Shown: positions 1 to 9,255 of the stretch, piece by piece
How the letters are laid out: each line of letters starts with the position of its first letter
Position numbering within the stretch: the stretch's first letter is position 1
Source of the DNA: Bacillus subtilis subsp. subtilis str. 168
Lineage (GTDB): Bacteria; Bacillota; Bacilli; Bacillales; Bacillaceae
Length of the DNA stretch: 32,000 nucleotides
NCBI RefSeq assembly: GCF_000009045.1
Contig: NC_000964.3
Location: 1,500,001-1,532,000 of the forward strand
Reading direction: 5' to 3'
Position numbers and translations under genes: made by a program
The notes under the pieces: model-generated
Databases searched by the model: none
The model's input: the letters and a program-made list of their open reading frames with translations, nothing else
What the model was told of the DNA's origin: nothing

Positions 1-1646
1 TCCTGCAAATTACGATTGATGAGATCGTACTGGGACGGCAGTATCAGCTTGCGGCGTGGGTCAGCTTAGGATTTATTGCGGTGATGGTTTTGAAAGGAAT
101 GGCTACCTTTTTTCATCAGTATTTAGGTGATATGTTCGGGATCAAATCCGTTTATCGGCTGAGAAATGGTCTGTATGAAAAACTGCAGCGGCTTTCTTTT
201 TCTTACTATGATAACGCGAAAACAGGAGATTTGATGTCCAGGCTGACTGCTGATGTTGAAGGGCTTCGTTTTTTCTTATCATACGGTCTCGCTGAGCTCA
301 TTCGCTTCGGCCTGCTGGTAGCCATCAGCCTGTCGGTTATGTTTTACTATTCTGTTCCTCTCACGCTTGTGACAATAGCTGTTCTGCCATTTCTCGCGGT
401 TGCGGTATACCGGTTTGACAAAAGAGTCCATCCCGCCTTCAGAGGCATCCGCAAATCGTTTGCGAAACTCAATACAAAAGTTCAGGAAAATATCAGCGGC
501 ATTAATACGGTTAAATCTCTTTCCAGGGAAGATTTTCAGATCAGCACTTTCAATAAAGCCAATGCAGAATACAGGGCGCAGTATTTACAAACATCATCCA
601 TTTGGTCTGCGTATTTCCCTTTAATGGAGTTCATTGGTAACACTTGTATTGTAGCTCTTCTCTCATACGGCGGTTACTTGGTTATGCAAAATCAGCTCAA
701 TCCCGGCGAGCTTGTTGCTTTCTTCAGCCTTGTCAATTATATGATGTGGCCCATTATGAACTTAGGTTTTGTCATCAATATGTTCTCTCAAGCAAAAGCG
801 TCAGGGGAACGCCTGCTCGACATTCTGGAAAAAGAAGAAGACATTACAGATCATCCTCATGCTTTGCATAAACAAAAATTAACCGGAGATGTCCATTTCA
901 AAAATGTTTCTCTTGCATACGGAAAAGAACAAACAAACGCGCTGTGCAATGTAAGCTTTGAGGCAAACAGCGGGAAGGTAATCGGACTGTTGGGCCCGAC
1001 AGGTTCAGGCAAAAGCTCAGTGACACAGCTTCTCACCAGATTTTACAGTCCTGTTGGCGGAATGATTACCATTGATCACAAACCCATCACAGATTATTCG
1101 TTAAAAACCCTTCGCTCCAATATCGGGGTCGTACTTCAAGAATCCTTCCTGTTTTCATCTACGATTAGATCAAATATTTCGTATGGGCGGCCGGATGCCT
1201 CAATGGAAGACGTCATCGAAGCGGCAAAAAGGGCGCAGGCTCATAACTTTATTATGGAGCTTCCTGATGGGTATGACACCATGCTGGGAGAGAGGGGAAT
1301 GGGGCTTTCCGGCGGGCAGAAACAGCGTATTGCCATTGCGAGAGCCATCTGCTTGAACCCGAGCATTTTAATATTGGATGATGCCACAAGCGCAGTAGAT
1401 ATGCAAACGGAGCACAGCATACAGCTTGCCTTAAAAGAAGTCATGAAAAACCGCACAACCTTTATCGTCGCTCACCGCATTTCTTCACTGAAACACGCTG
1501 ATGAAATTCTCGTTTTTAATAAAGGACGCATTCGTGAAAGGGGAACACATCATGAGCTTCTTGAAAAAGGCGGCTACTATAAAAAGATTTACGATTTGCA
1601 ATACCGTGATGTCAAAATGATTAATGAGCCGCATGAGGTCGGATAG
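1..1646 (+). CDS. yknU: ABC transporter ATP-binding/permease (half-transporter), 5' end truncated by window edge
   Basis: Frame open from nt 3 (LQITIDEIVLGRQYQLAAWVSLG...) into the listed 521-aa ORF. TM region, then Walker A GPTGSGKSS, signature LSGGQKQR, Walker B ILILDDATSAVD. Confidence 0.93.
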   Translation, partial: LQITIDEIVLGRQYQLAAWVSLGFIAVMVLKGMATFFHQYLGDMFGIKSVYRLRNGLYEKLQRLSFSYYDNAKTGDLMSRLTADVEGLRFFLSYGLAELIRFGLLVAISLSVMFYYSVPLTLVTIAVLPFLAVAVYRFDKRVHPAFRGIRKSFAKLNTKVQENISGINTVKSLSREDFQISTFNKANAEYRAQYLQTSSIWSAYFPLMEFIGNTCIVALLSYGGYLVMQNQLNPGELVAFFSLVNYMMWPIMNLGFVINMFSQAKASGERLLDILEKEEDITDHPHALHKQKLTGDVHFKNVSLAYGKEQTNALCNVSFEANSGKVIGLLGPTGSGKSSVTQLLTRFYSPVGGMITIDHKPITDYSLKTLRSNIGVVLQESFLFSSTIRSNISYGRPDASMEDVIEAAKRAQAHNFIMELPDGYDTMLGERGMGLSGGQKQRIAIARAICLNPSILILDDATSAVDMQTEHSIQLALKEVMKNRTTFIVAHRISSLKHADEILVFNKGRIRERGTHHELLEKGGYYKKIYDLQYRDVKMINEPHEVG

Positions 1647-1657
1647 GGAGGGGCCAA

Positions 1658-3472
1658 ATGAAACAAGCGAAAAAACAGGGGGTTTTAGAGCGTTTCTATT
1701 ACTCTTCAGATGAAATCATTGAAAAGCCGTTTAACTGGGCTCAAATGTGGCGGCTGCTGAGCTATGTCAAACCATATCGAAAAACAATTTTGCCGCTTTC
1801 TTTTCTCACTGTATTGATTGGCACTGCTGTGAAGCTTGTGATCCCCATTTTGATCGGCGTTTATGTTCTTGATCAAGCGATTACAGGGAGAAACTCGGAG
1901 CTGCTGATTCAGCTCATTTTTATTATTAGCGGTTTATATGTCCTCAATTACGCCGCCAATGTGTTAAGAATCAGGTGGATGAATCAGCTTGGCCAGCATG
2001 TCATTTACGATTTGCGACAGCATTTATTTACCCATGTGCAGCGCTTATCCCATCGATTTTTTGATCAGCGGTCGGCGGGATCGATCTTAGTCAGGATCAT
2101 GAATGATATTAACTCTCTTCAGGAGCTCTTTACAAGCGGAGTCATCAATTTGTTGACCGACTTGCTGCTTCTGGCCGGCGTGATTATTATTTTGTTTACG
2201 CTGAGCCCTGAGCTGACTATAGCCATCATGGTGACATTGCCGATTATGTTTTTTATTTCAACAAGTCTCAGAAAAAAAATACGCCGATCCTGGCAAACGG
2301 TACGGCTGAAGCAATCGAAGCTCAACTCTCATCTAAACGAAAGCATTCAGGGCATCCGGGTCACGCAGGCATTTACGCAGGAAGAAGAAAACATGGCGTA
2401 TTTTGACGGTGTCAATCAGGAGAACTACGAATCATGGCGGGAAGCAACTAGAAAAAATGCCATGTTCCGTCCGCTTGTAGAAATGACGAATGCGATTGGG
2501 ACGGCTGTCTTGATTTGGTATGGAGCCACACTCATCATGAATGAAACCATTACGATTGGCGTCTTCGTTTCTTTTGCTTTCTATCTGGGAATGTTTTGGG
2601 AACCTATTTCGAGACTGGGTCAGGTCTATAATCAGCTGTTAATGGGGATGGCATCATCAGAACGGATTTTTGAGTTTCTGGACGAACAGCCAAATGTCAA
2701 GGAGAAGCCGAATGCCATTCATAATGAAAAGATAAATGGGGAGATCAGTTTTGAAGAGGTTGAATTTTCGTATGATGAAAAACGAAAAGCCCTTCACGCC
2801 GTTTCTTTCTCTATTCCTGCGGGATCGACGCTTGCGCTTGTCGGGCATACAGGGAGCGGGAAGACGACGATTGCCAATTTAATCAGCCGTTTTTATGATG
2901 CGGCCGGAGGCACCATTAAAATAGACGGTATACCGATTAAGGATCTTTCCCTTGCCAGTCTGCGCTCTCAAATCAGCATTGTCCTGCAAGATACATTTAT
3001 TTTCTCCGGGACCATCATGGAAAATATTCGTTTTGGAAGGCCAAATGCTTCGGATGAAGAGGTGATGAAAGCGTCCCAAGCGGTCGGAGCGGATGAGTTT
3101 ATTTCCGATTTAGCGGAAGGATACGCAACAGAGGTAGAGGAAAGGGGCAGCGTACTGTCTGCCGGTCAGCGCCAGCTCATTTCATTTGCAAGAGCATTGC
3201 TCGCCGATCCGGCTATTATCATCCTTGACGAAGCAACGGCAAGCATTGATACAGAGACAGAAGTAAAAATTCAGCAAGCGTTAAAAACGCTTCTGAAAGG
3301 GCGTACAGCAGTGATGATCGCTCACAGATTGTCTACGATCCGCGACGCCGACCGCATCATTGTTCTTGATCACGGCAGGAAAATAGAAGAAGGGAACCAT
3401 GATCAGCTGCTCGCTAAAGGAGGCATTTATGCCGGGCTTGTGAAAGCGCAATACAGCACAGCGATAGAATAA
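1658..3472 (+). CDS. yknV: ABC transporter ATP-binding/permease, likely heterodimer partner of YknU
   Basis: 604 aa, exporter-type ABC protein with Walker A GHTGSGKTT and Walker B AIIILDEATASID; 11 bp downstream of yknU on the same strand. Confidence 0.94.
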   Translation: MKQAKKQGVLERFYYSSDEIIEKPFNWAQMWRLLSYVKPYRKTILPLSFLTVLIGTAVKLVIPILIGVYVLDQAITGRNSELLIQLIFIISGLYVLNYAANVLRIRWMNQLGQHVIYDLRQHLFTHVQRLSHRFFDQRSAGSILVRIMNDINSLQELFTSGVINLLTDLLLLAGVIIILFTLSPELTIAIMVTLPIMFFISTSLRKKIRRSWQTVRLKQSKLNSHLNESIQGIRVTQAFTQEEENMAYFDGVNQENYESWREATRKNAMFRPLVEMTNAIGTAVLIWYGATLIMNETITIGVFVSFAFYLGMFWEPISRLGQVYNQLLMGMASSERIFEFLDEQPNVKEKPNAIHNEKINGEISFEEVEFSYDEKRKALHAVSFSIPAGSTLALVGHTGSGKTTIANLISRFYDAAGGTIKIDGIPIKDLSLASLRSQISIVLQDTFIFSGTIMENIRFGRPNASDEEVMKASQAVGADEFISDLAEGYATEVEERGSVLSAGQRQLISFARALLADPAIIILDEATASIDTETEVKIQQALKTLLKGRTAVMIAHRLSTIRDADRIIVLDHGRKIEEGNHDQLLAKGGIYAGLVKAQYSTAIE

Positions 3473-3479
3473 TATGAAA

Positions 3480-3504
3480 AGCCTTCAATATTGAAGGTTT
3501 TTGG
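3480..3504 (+). terminator. Rho-independent terminator after yknV
   Basis: Perfect inverted repeat CCTTCAATATTGAAGG (3482-3497) followed by TTTTT. Confidence 0.75.
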
Positions 3505-3522
3505 AAATTTATTAGAAAAACA

Positions 3523-3548
3523 TGAAACTTTTTGATATCCTTCCCGTA
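3523..3548 (+). promoter_or_regulatory. ECF-sigma (SigW-like) promoter for yknWXYZ
   Basis: TGAAAC (3523-3528), 16-nt spacer, CGTA (3545-3548), upstream of the yknW RBS AAGGAGG. Matches the SigW consensus. Confidence 0.8.
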
Positions 3549-3581
3549 CTATTTGTTAGATATTCTCAAGGAGGTTTTGAA

Positions 3582-4277
3582 ATGGAAACGAATGTAGAAA
3601 AAAACAGCGGAACGGCGACTGAAAAGCCTTCACTTTTCGGAGTAATCACAAGTCCGTCCGTTCAATTTGAAAGAATAAGAGAAAGGCCGGCTGTATGGGG
3701 ACCGCTTTTGATTGTTGCAGCAATTATCATCGTCGGTGCCGTGCTGCAATCACTCGGTACGGATTATAGTGAGCTTTTGAAAAGCCAGGATACGCAAGGG
3801 CTATCTGCTGAACAAATGGAAACTGTCGCAACAATAACCAAATTTGGCGGAATGGCAGGCGCTATTATCGGCGGTATCGCAGCATTATTTATTGCCCCTC
3901 TTATTTATTGGCTCTGTGTAAAAGTATCAGGCGGTGTTACGACATATAAAAAAATGCTTTCTCTCAGTCTGTTTGTCTCTTTGATTAGCAGTCTCGGATT
4001 ATTGGTTAATGGAATCGTTGCTTTTACGACTGACGTGAATCCTCTTTACAGCACGACGTCACTCGCAGGGATTATCCCATCTGACGGGGCTCTCGCCAGT
4101 GTGTTAAATACCTTTGAAATTTTCAGCATCTGGAGCTTTGTATTATTAGCAATCGGACTTCACAAAACGGGAGGCATCTCAAAAAAAGCCGGGTGGATTT
4201 CAGCAATCATTCTATTCGGAATTTTAGTTGTATTTTCGCTTTTTTCAGGTTTAATCAATTCTGTGGCGGGTGCATAA
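3582..4277 (+). CDS. yknW: YIP1-like multi-pass membrane protein, component of the YknWXYZ exporter
   Basis: 231 aa from METNVEKNSG..., RBS AAGGAGG just upstream; several hydrophobic helices. Start trimmed from the 251-aa ORF. Confidence 0.9.
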   Translation: METNVEKNSGTATEKPSLFGVITSPSVQFERIRERPAVWGPLLIVAAIIIVGAVLQSLGTDYSELLKSQDTQGLSAEQMETVATITKFGGMAGAIIGGIAALFIAPLIYWLCVKVSGGVTTYKKMLSLSLFVSLISSLGLLVNGIVAFTTDVNPLYSTTSLAGIIPSDGALASVLNTFEIFSIWSFVLLAIGLHKTGGISKKAGWISAIILFGILVVFSLFSGLINSVAGA

Positions 4278-4281
4278 GCTC

Positions 4282-5415
4282 ATGAAAAAAGTCTGGATCG
4301 GAATTGGAATCGCAGTTATAGTCGCTCTTTTTGTTGGAATCAATATATACCGGTCTGCCGCTCCGACAAGCGGCAGCGCCGGCAAGGAGGTACAGACGGG
4401 GAGCGTTGAAGAAAATGAAATCTCATCAACGGTTATGGTTCCTGGCACGCTAAAATTTTCAAATGAACAGTATGTCTTTTATGAAGCGGATAAAGGGACA
4501 TTAGAAGACATTAAAGTAAAGGAAGGCGATAAAGTTAAAAAGGGCACGGCTTTAGTCACCTATACAAATGAGCAGCTGAGCCTGGAAAAAGAACAGAACC
4601 AGTTAACGTCTGAATCCAACCGGCTTCAAATTGACCAAATTCAAGAAAAGTTAAAAGCCTTGGACAGCAAAGAAAGAGAACTGGAAAAACAGGTAGGAAA
4701 GAAAGAAGCAGAAAAACAAATCGAATCTGAACGGACAGAGCTTCAAATGCAGAAAAAAACAGCGGAGATCGAATTAAAACAAACCGAGCTTCAGCGGCAG
4801 TCACTTGCCAACCGGGTGTCAGATTTAGAAGTGAAAAGCGAAATTGAAGGCACCGTTATTTCTGTCAACCAAGAAGCGGCATCCAAAAAGTCAGATATTC
4901 AAGAGCCTGTCATACATATCGGCAACCCAAAAGACCTTGTCGTCTCAGGGAAATTGTCTGAATACGATACATTGAAAGTCAAAAAAGGCCAGAAGGTCAC
5001 ACTCACTTCAGATGTAATACAGGGTAAAACATGGAAAGGCACGGTTTCCGCAGTCGGGCTTGTTCCGGATCAGCAGGAGAGCGCTGCGGCACAAGGAACA
5101 GAACAGGCGGTCCAATACCCGCTTCAAGTGAAAATAAAAGGAAATCTTCCAGAAGGAAAGCCAGGCTTTAAATTTATCATGAATATTGAAACAGATAAAC
5201 GGAAAGCAAATACGCTTCCTTCAAAGGCAGTCAAAAAAGAAGATGACCAATATTATGTGTATACAGTAAAAGACGGAAAAGCAAAGCGAGTTGATGTCAA
5301 AATCGGCGAAGTGACAGATGACCTGACAGAAATTAAAGAGGGGCTTACCCAAGATGATCAAGTCATTTTGAATCCATCTGATCAGGTGACTGACGGAATG
5401 GAAGTGAAATCCTAA
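4282..5415 (+). CDS. yknX: Membrane fusion (HlyD/RND-type) periplasmic-adaptor-like protein
   Basis: 377 aa from MKKVWIGIGIAVIVALFVG; N-terminal TM, lipoyl/barrel-sandwich hybrid motifs and long coiled coil (SNRLQIDQIQEKLKALDSKERELEKQ). Confidence 0.92.
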   Translation: MKKVWIGIGIAVIVALFVGINIYRSAAPTSGSAGKEVQTGSVEENEISSTVMVPGTLKFSNEQYVFYEADKGTLEDIKVKEGDKVKKGTALVTYTNEQLSLEKEQNQLTSESNRLQIDQIQEKLKALDSKERELEKQVGKKEAEKQIESERTELQMQKKTAEIELKQTELQRQSLANRVSDLEVKSEIEGTVISVNQEAASKKSDIQEPVIHIGNPKDLVVSGKLSEYDTLKVKKGQKVTLTSDVIQGKTWKGTVSAVGLVPDQQESAAAQGTEQAVQYPLQVKIKGNLPEGKPGFKFIMNIETDKRKANTLPSKAVKKEDDQYYVYTVKDGKAKRVDVKIGEVTDDLTEIKEGLTQDDQVILNPSDQVTDGMEVKS

Positions 5416-6108
5416 ATGATTCAGCTTTCTAATGTGCGAAAAAGCTACCAGATCGGAAAGGAAACGTTTGATGTTCTCCATTCTATTGATTTGGACATTC
5501 ATCAAGGTGAATATGTCTCGATTATGGGGCCGTCAGGATCAGGAAAATCGACGATCATGAATATTATCGGCTGTCTTGATCGGCCGACTTCCGGTACATA
5601 TCAATTGGACGGCGAAGACATTTCTTCATATAAAGATAAAGAACTGGCGGCAGTCCGTAACCGGTCCATCGGTTTTGTATTTCAGCAATTTCAGCTTCTT
5701 CCGCGGCTGAACGCAAAAAAAAATGTCGAGCTGCCGATGATTTATTCCGGGATAGGCAAAAAGGAACGTCAAGAGCGGGCTGAGAGAGCATTGGAAAAGG
5801 TCGGGTTAGCCGATCGAATGCTCCACATGCCCAACGAGCTGTCGGGCGGGCAGAAGCAGCGGGTGGCGATTGCGAGGGCGATCGTGAATGAGCCGAAATT
5901 GATTTTAGCTGATGAACCGACCGGCGCGCTGGATACGAAAACAAGCGAGGCGATTATGGATCAGTTTACAGCATTAAATGCCGAGGGAACGACAATCGTT
6001 CTGGTTACTCACGAGCCTGAAGTAGCAGATTGCACGAATCGGATCGTCATGGTGCGTGACGGAAACATTGTTCCTGCCAGCTCCGGACAAAGGAGTGTGG
6101 GAGAATGA
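5416..6108 (+). CDS. yknY: MacB-type ABC transporter ATPase
   Basis: 230 aa; Walker [10 protein letters not shown], signature LSGGQKQR, Walker [13 protein letters not shown]; start immediately follows the yknX stop. Confidence 0.94.
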   Translation: MIQLSNVRKSYQIGKETFDVLHSIDLDIHQGEYVSIMGPSGSGKSTIMNIIGCLDRPTSGTYQLDGEDISSYKDKELAAVRNRSIGFVFQQFQLLPRLNAKKNVELPMIYSGIGKKERQERAERALEKVGLADRMLHMPNELSGGQKQRVAIARAIVNEPKLILADEPTGALDTKTSEAIMDQFTALNAEGTTIVLVTHEPEVADCTNRIVMVRDGNIVPASSGQRSVGE

Positions 6109-7298
6109 GCCTGTTGGAAAACATCAGAATGGCTCTAAGCTCTGTCCTTGCCCATAAAATGCGTTCGATCTTAACGATGCTCGGCATTATCATTGGTGTA
6201 GGCTCTGTCATTGTTGTCGTTGCGGTAGGACAGGGCGGCGAGCAAATGCTGAAGCAGTCGATCAGCGGCCCGGGAAATACTGTGGAGCTGTACTATATGC
6301 CTAGCGACGAGGAGCTTGCAAGCAACCCGAATGCCGCAGCTGAATCTACGTTTACAGAAAACGATATTAAAGGTTTAAAAGGAATAGAAGGCATTAAACA
6401 AGTCGTTGCTTCGACTTCTGAAAGTATGAAAGCGCGTTATCACGAAGAAGAAACCGATGCTACGGTTAACGGAATAAATGATGGATACATGAATGTCAAT
6501 TCTTTGAAAATCGAAAGCGGCAGAACCTTTACCGACAATGACTTTCTCGCGGGGAATAGAGTCGGAATCATCTCTCAAAAAATGGCTAAAGAGCTGTTTG
6601 ATAAAACCTCCCCTCTAGGTGAAGTTGTCTGGATTAACGGACAGCCCGTTGAAATTATCGGCGTGCTGAAAAAAGTAACAGGCTTGCTTTCTTTCGATTT
6701 AAGTGAAATGTATGTGCCATTTAATATGATGAAATCCTCTTTTGGCACAAGTGATTTCAGTAACGTATCATTGCAGGTCGAATCAGCAGACGACATAAAA
6801 TCGGCTGGAAAAGAAGCGGCACAGCTGGTAAATGACAATCATGGCACAGAGGATTCGTATCAAGTGATGAACATGGAAGAGATTGCGGCCGGAATTGGCA
6901 AAGTAACTGCAATTATGACGACGATTATCGGCTCAATTGCAGGTATTTCCCTTTTGGTCGGCGGAATCGGTGTCATGAATATTATGCTCGTATCAGTCAC
7001 AGAACGGACGCGGGAAATCGGAATCAGAAAATCACTTGGTGCGACGAGGGGACAGATTCTGACTCAGTTTTTAATTGAATCAGTCGTATTGACGCTGATT
7101 GGCGGTCTGGTCGGGATTGGTATTGGATACGGAGGGGCCGCGCTTGTTTCAGCCATTGCGGGCTGGCCGTCACTCATATCCTGGCAGGTTGTATGCGGGG
7201 GCGTGCTGTTCAGTATGCTCATTGGTGTTATTTTCGGCATGCTTCCTGCAAATAAAGCCGCAAAGCTTGATCCCATTGAAGCGCTGCGTTATGAGTAG
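6105..7298 (+). CDS. yknZ: MacB-type ABC transporter permease
   Basis: 397 aa with N-terminal TM, large extracellular domain, C-terminal FtsX-like TMs (GGIGVMNIMLVSVTERTREIGIRKSLGA); ATGA overlap with yknY. Confidence 0.94.
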   Translation: MSLLENIRMALSSVLAHKMRSILTMLGIIIGVGSVIVVVAVGQGGEQMLKQSISGPGNTVELYYMPSDEELASNPNAAAESTFTENDIKGLKGIEGIKQVVASTSESMKARYHEEETDATVNGINDGYMNVNSLKIESGRTFTDNDFLAGNRVGIISQKMAKELFDKTSPLGEVVWINGQPVEIIGVLKKVTGLLSFDLSEMYVPFNMMKSSFGTSDFSNVSLQVESADDIKSAGKEAAQLVNDNHGTEDSYQVMNMEEIAAGIGKVTAIMTTIIGSIAGISLLVGGIGVMNIMLVSVTERTREIGIRKSLGATRGQILTQFLIESVVLTLIGGLVGIGIGYGGAALVSAIAGWPSLISWQVVCGGVLFSMLIGVIFGMLPANKAAKLDPIEALRYE

Positions 7299-7327
7299 CC
7301 TCATGCAACATGCATGAGGTTTTTTTA
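7299..7327 (+). terminator. Rho-independent terminator after yknZ
   Basis: CCTCATGCAACATGCATGAGG followed by a T run. Confidence 0.85.
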
Positions 7328-7422
7328 TGTTTAGTGATTTCTACTATGAATATAAAAGACTTTTTTCATTAAAATAAGAAGAAAATGTCGTACAATTGTC
7401 CTTATTTTTGTCGAATTTACAG

Positions 7423-7452
7423 TTTACAAACCCTATAGACATACGTTAATAT
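7423..7452 (+). promoter_or_regulatory. Candidate SigA promoter of the fru operon
   Basis: TTTACA (7423-7428), 18-nt spacer, TAATAT (7447-7452). Confidence 0.5.
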
Positions 7453-7539
7453 GGAGAAACGTGAAAGATTTTGATAGTTATTGAATGAATTTGAATGATT
7501 TTAGTTGCCTAAACCGAAAATAGCGTTTACAATGAAATT

Positions 7540-7564
7540 GTATTCAAAATGAATACGTTTTCAT
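7540..7564 (+). promoter_or_regulatory. Inverted repeat (putative FruR operator) overlapping a cre-like site
   Basis: GTATTC-AAAAT-GAATAC (7540-7556) overlaps ATGAATACGTTTTCAT (7549-7564), which matches WTGNAANCGNWNNCAW with one mismatch. Confidence 0.5.
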
Positions 7565-7577
7565 TAGGAGGTGAAGC

Positions 7578-8333
7578 ATGCTAACTCCTGAACGGCATCA
7601 ATTGATTATTGATCAAATAGAAAAGCATGATGTGGTAAAGATTCAAGAGCTTATAAATCTGACTAATGCTTCTGAATCAACAATCAGAAGAGATTTATCG
7701 ACCCTTGAAGAACGCGGTTTTTTAAAGCGCGTTCATGGTGGAGCGGCCAAGCTTTCCGATATCAGACTTGAACCCGATATGCTTGAAAAATCATCCAAAA
7801 ACCTTCACGATAAACTGAAGATTGCTGAAAAAGCTGCTTCTCTTTTAGAAGAAGGGGATTGCATTTACCTTGATGCAGGCACGACGACATTGCACATGAT
7901 TGATTTTATGGATAAAACCAAAGATATTGTCGTTGTCACAAACGGGGTAATGCATATCGATGCATTAATAAGGAAAGAAATTTCTTTTTATCTGCTTGGA
8001 GGATACGTAAAGCACAGAACGGGCGCGATTATTGGAGGCGCTTCATTGGTTGCCATGGACCAGTACAGATTTGACAAGAGTTTTCTGGGGACAAACGGTG
8101 TCCATACAGAGGCTGGATTTACAACGCCGGACCCTGATGAGGCCCTTTTAAAACAGAAAGCGATCAAACAGGCAAAACACGCTTACGTCTTAGCAGACCC
8201 TTCGAAGTTCGGAGAAATTTCATTTTCGGCATTCGCCGGAATAGGCGACGCAACAATCATTACGACTGACGCTGAAGAGCTTACATTCGATAATTACCAA
8301 GAAAAAACTGTCGTAAAGGTAGTGAAACCATGA
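7578..8333 (+). CDS. fruR: DeoR-family transcriptional regulator of the fructose operon
   Basis: 251 aa, N-terminal HTH typical of DeoR (MLTPERHQLIIDQIEKHDVVKIQELINLTNASESTIRRDL); directly upstream of fruK-fruA. Confidence 0.95.
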   Translation: MLTPERHQLIIDQIEKHDVVKIQELINLTNASESTIRRDLSTLEERGFLKRVHGGAAKLSDIRLEPDMLEKSSKNLHDKLKIAEKAASLLEEGDCIYLDAGTTTLHMIDFMDKTKDIVVVTNGVMHIDALIRKEISFYLLGGYVKHRTGAIIGGASLVAMDQYRFDKSFLGTNGVHTEAGFTTPDPDEALLKQKAIKQAKHAYVLADPSKFGEISFSAFAGIGDATIITTDAEELTFDNYQEKTVVKVVKP

Positions 8334-9241
8334 TTTACACTGTAACACTTAATCCATCTGTCGATTATATAGTTCACGTTGAAGATTTTACTGTAGGAGG
8401 CCTGAACCGTTCTTCGTATGATACCAAGTATCCAGGGGGCAAAGGCATCAACGTATCGAGACTGCTGAAAAGACACCATGTGGCGTCTAAAGCGCTCGGA
8501 TTCGTCGGCGGATTTACCGGAGAATATATCAAAACATTTTTACGGGAAGAAAACCTGGAAACAGCTTTTTCTGAAGTAAAAGGGGATACCCGTATCAATG
8601 TAAAGCTGAAAACGGGTGATGAAACTGAAATTAACGGGCAGGGACCGACAATTTCGGATGAAGATTTCAAAGCCTTTTTAGAACAGTTCCAATCTTTGCA
8701 AGAGGGAGATATCGTTGTTCTTGCAGGAAGCATTCCATCTTCACTCCCTCACGATACTTATGAAAAAATCGCAGAGGCCTGCAAACAGCAGAACGCACGA
8801 GTTGTTCTGGATATCTCAGGCGAGGCTCTTTTGAAAGCAACAGAAATGAAACCATTTTTGATGAAGCCAAATCATCATGAGCTTGGAGAAATGTTCGGCA
8901 CGGCCATTACATCTGTTGAGGAAGCCGTTCCTTATGGGAAAAAGCTTGTAGAACAAGGCGCTGAACATGTAATCGTATCAATGGCCGGAGACGGAGCGCT
9001 TCTGTTTACGAACGAAGCTGTTTATTTTGCTAACGTGCCAAAGGGGAAATTGGTAAACTCAGTCGGAGCAGGGGATTCCGTTGTTGCAGGTTTCCTTGCC
9101 GGAATTTCCAAACAGCTGCCGCTTGAAGAAGCATTCCGCTTAGGAGTTACTTCAGGCAGTGCTACCGCGTTCTCTGAAGAACTTGGAACAGAAGAATTTG
9201 TCCAGCAGCTTCTTCCTGAAGTTAAGGTCACACGTCTATAG
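8330..9241 (+). CDS. fruK: 1-phosphofructokinase
   Basis: 303 aa PfkB-family kinase (TVTLNPSVDYIVHVE, VNSVGAGDSVVAGFLAG); ATGA overlap with fruR. Confidence 0.95.
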   Translation: MIYTVTLNPSVDYIVHVEDFTVGGLNRSSYDTKYPGGKGINVSRLLKRHHVASKALGFVGGFTGEYIKTFLREENLETAFSEVKGDTRINVKLKTGDETEINGQGPTISDEDFKAFLEQFQSLQEGDIVVLAGSIPSSLPHDTYEKIAEACKQQNARVVLDISGEALLKATEMKPFLMKPNHHELGEMFGTAITSVEEAVPYGKKLVEQGAEHVIVSMAGDGALLFTNEAVYFANVPKGKLVNSVGAGDSVVAGFLAGISKQLPLEEAFRLGVTSGSATAFSEELGTEEFVQQLLPEVKVTRL

Positions 9242-9255
9242 AGGAGGAAACACAA

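Noticed and set aside
3522-3581. 20-aa N-terminal extension of YknW starting at 3522
   Set aside because: It would overlap the SigW-type promoter; the AAGGAGG-preceded ATG at 3582 is the better start.
5564-5944. 126-aa minus-strand ORF opposite yknY
   Set aside because: Wholly antisense to a well-supported ABC ATPase gene, low-complexity Ser/Ala/Arg composition, no RBS or family motif.
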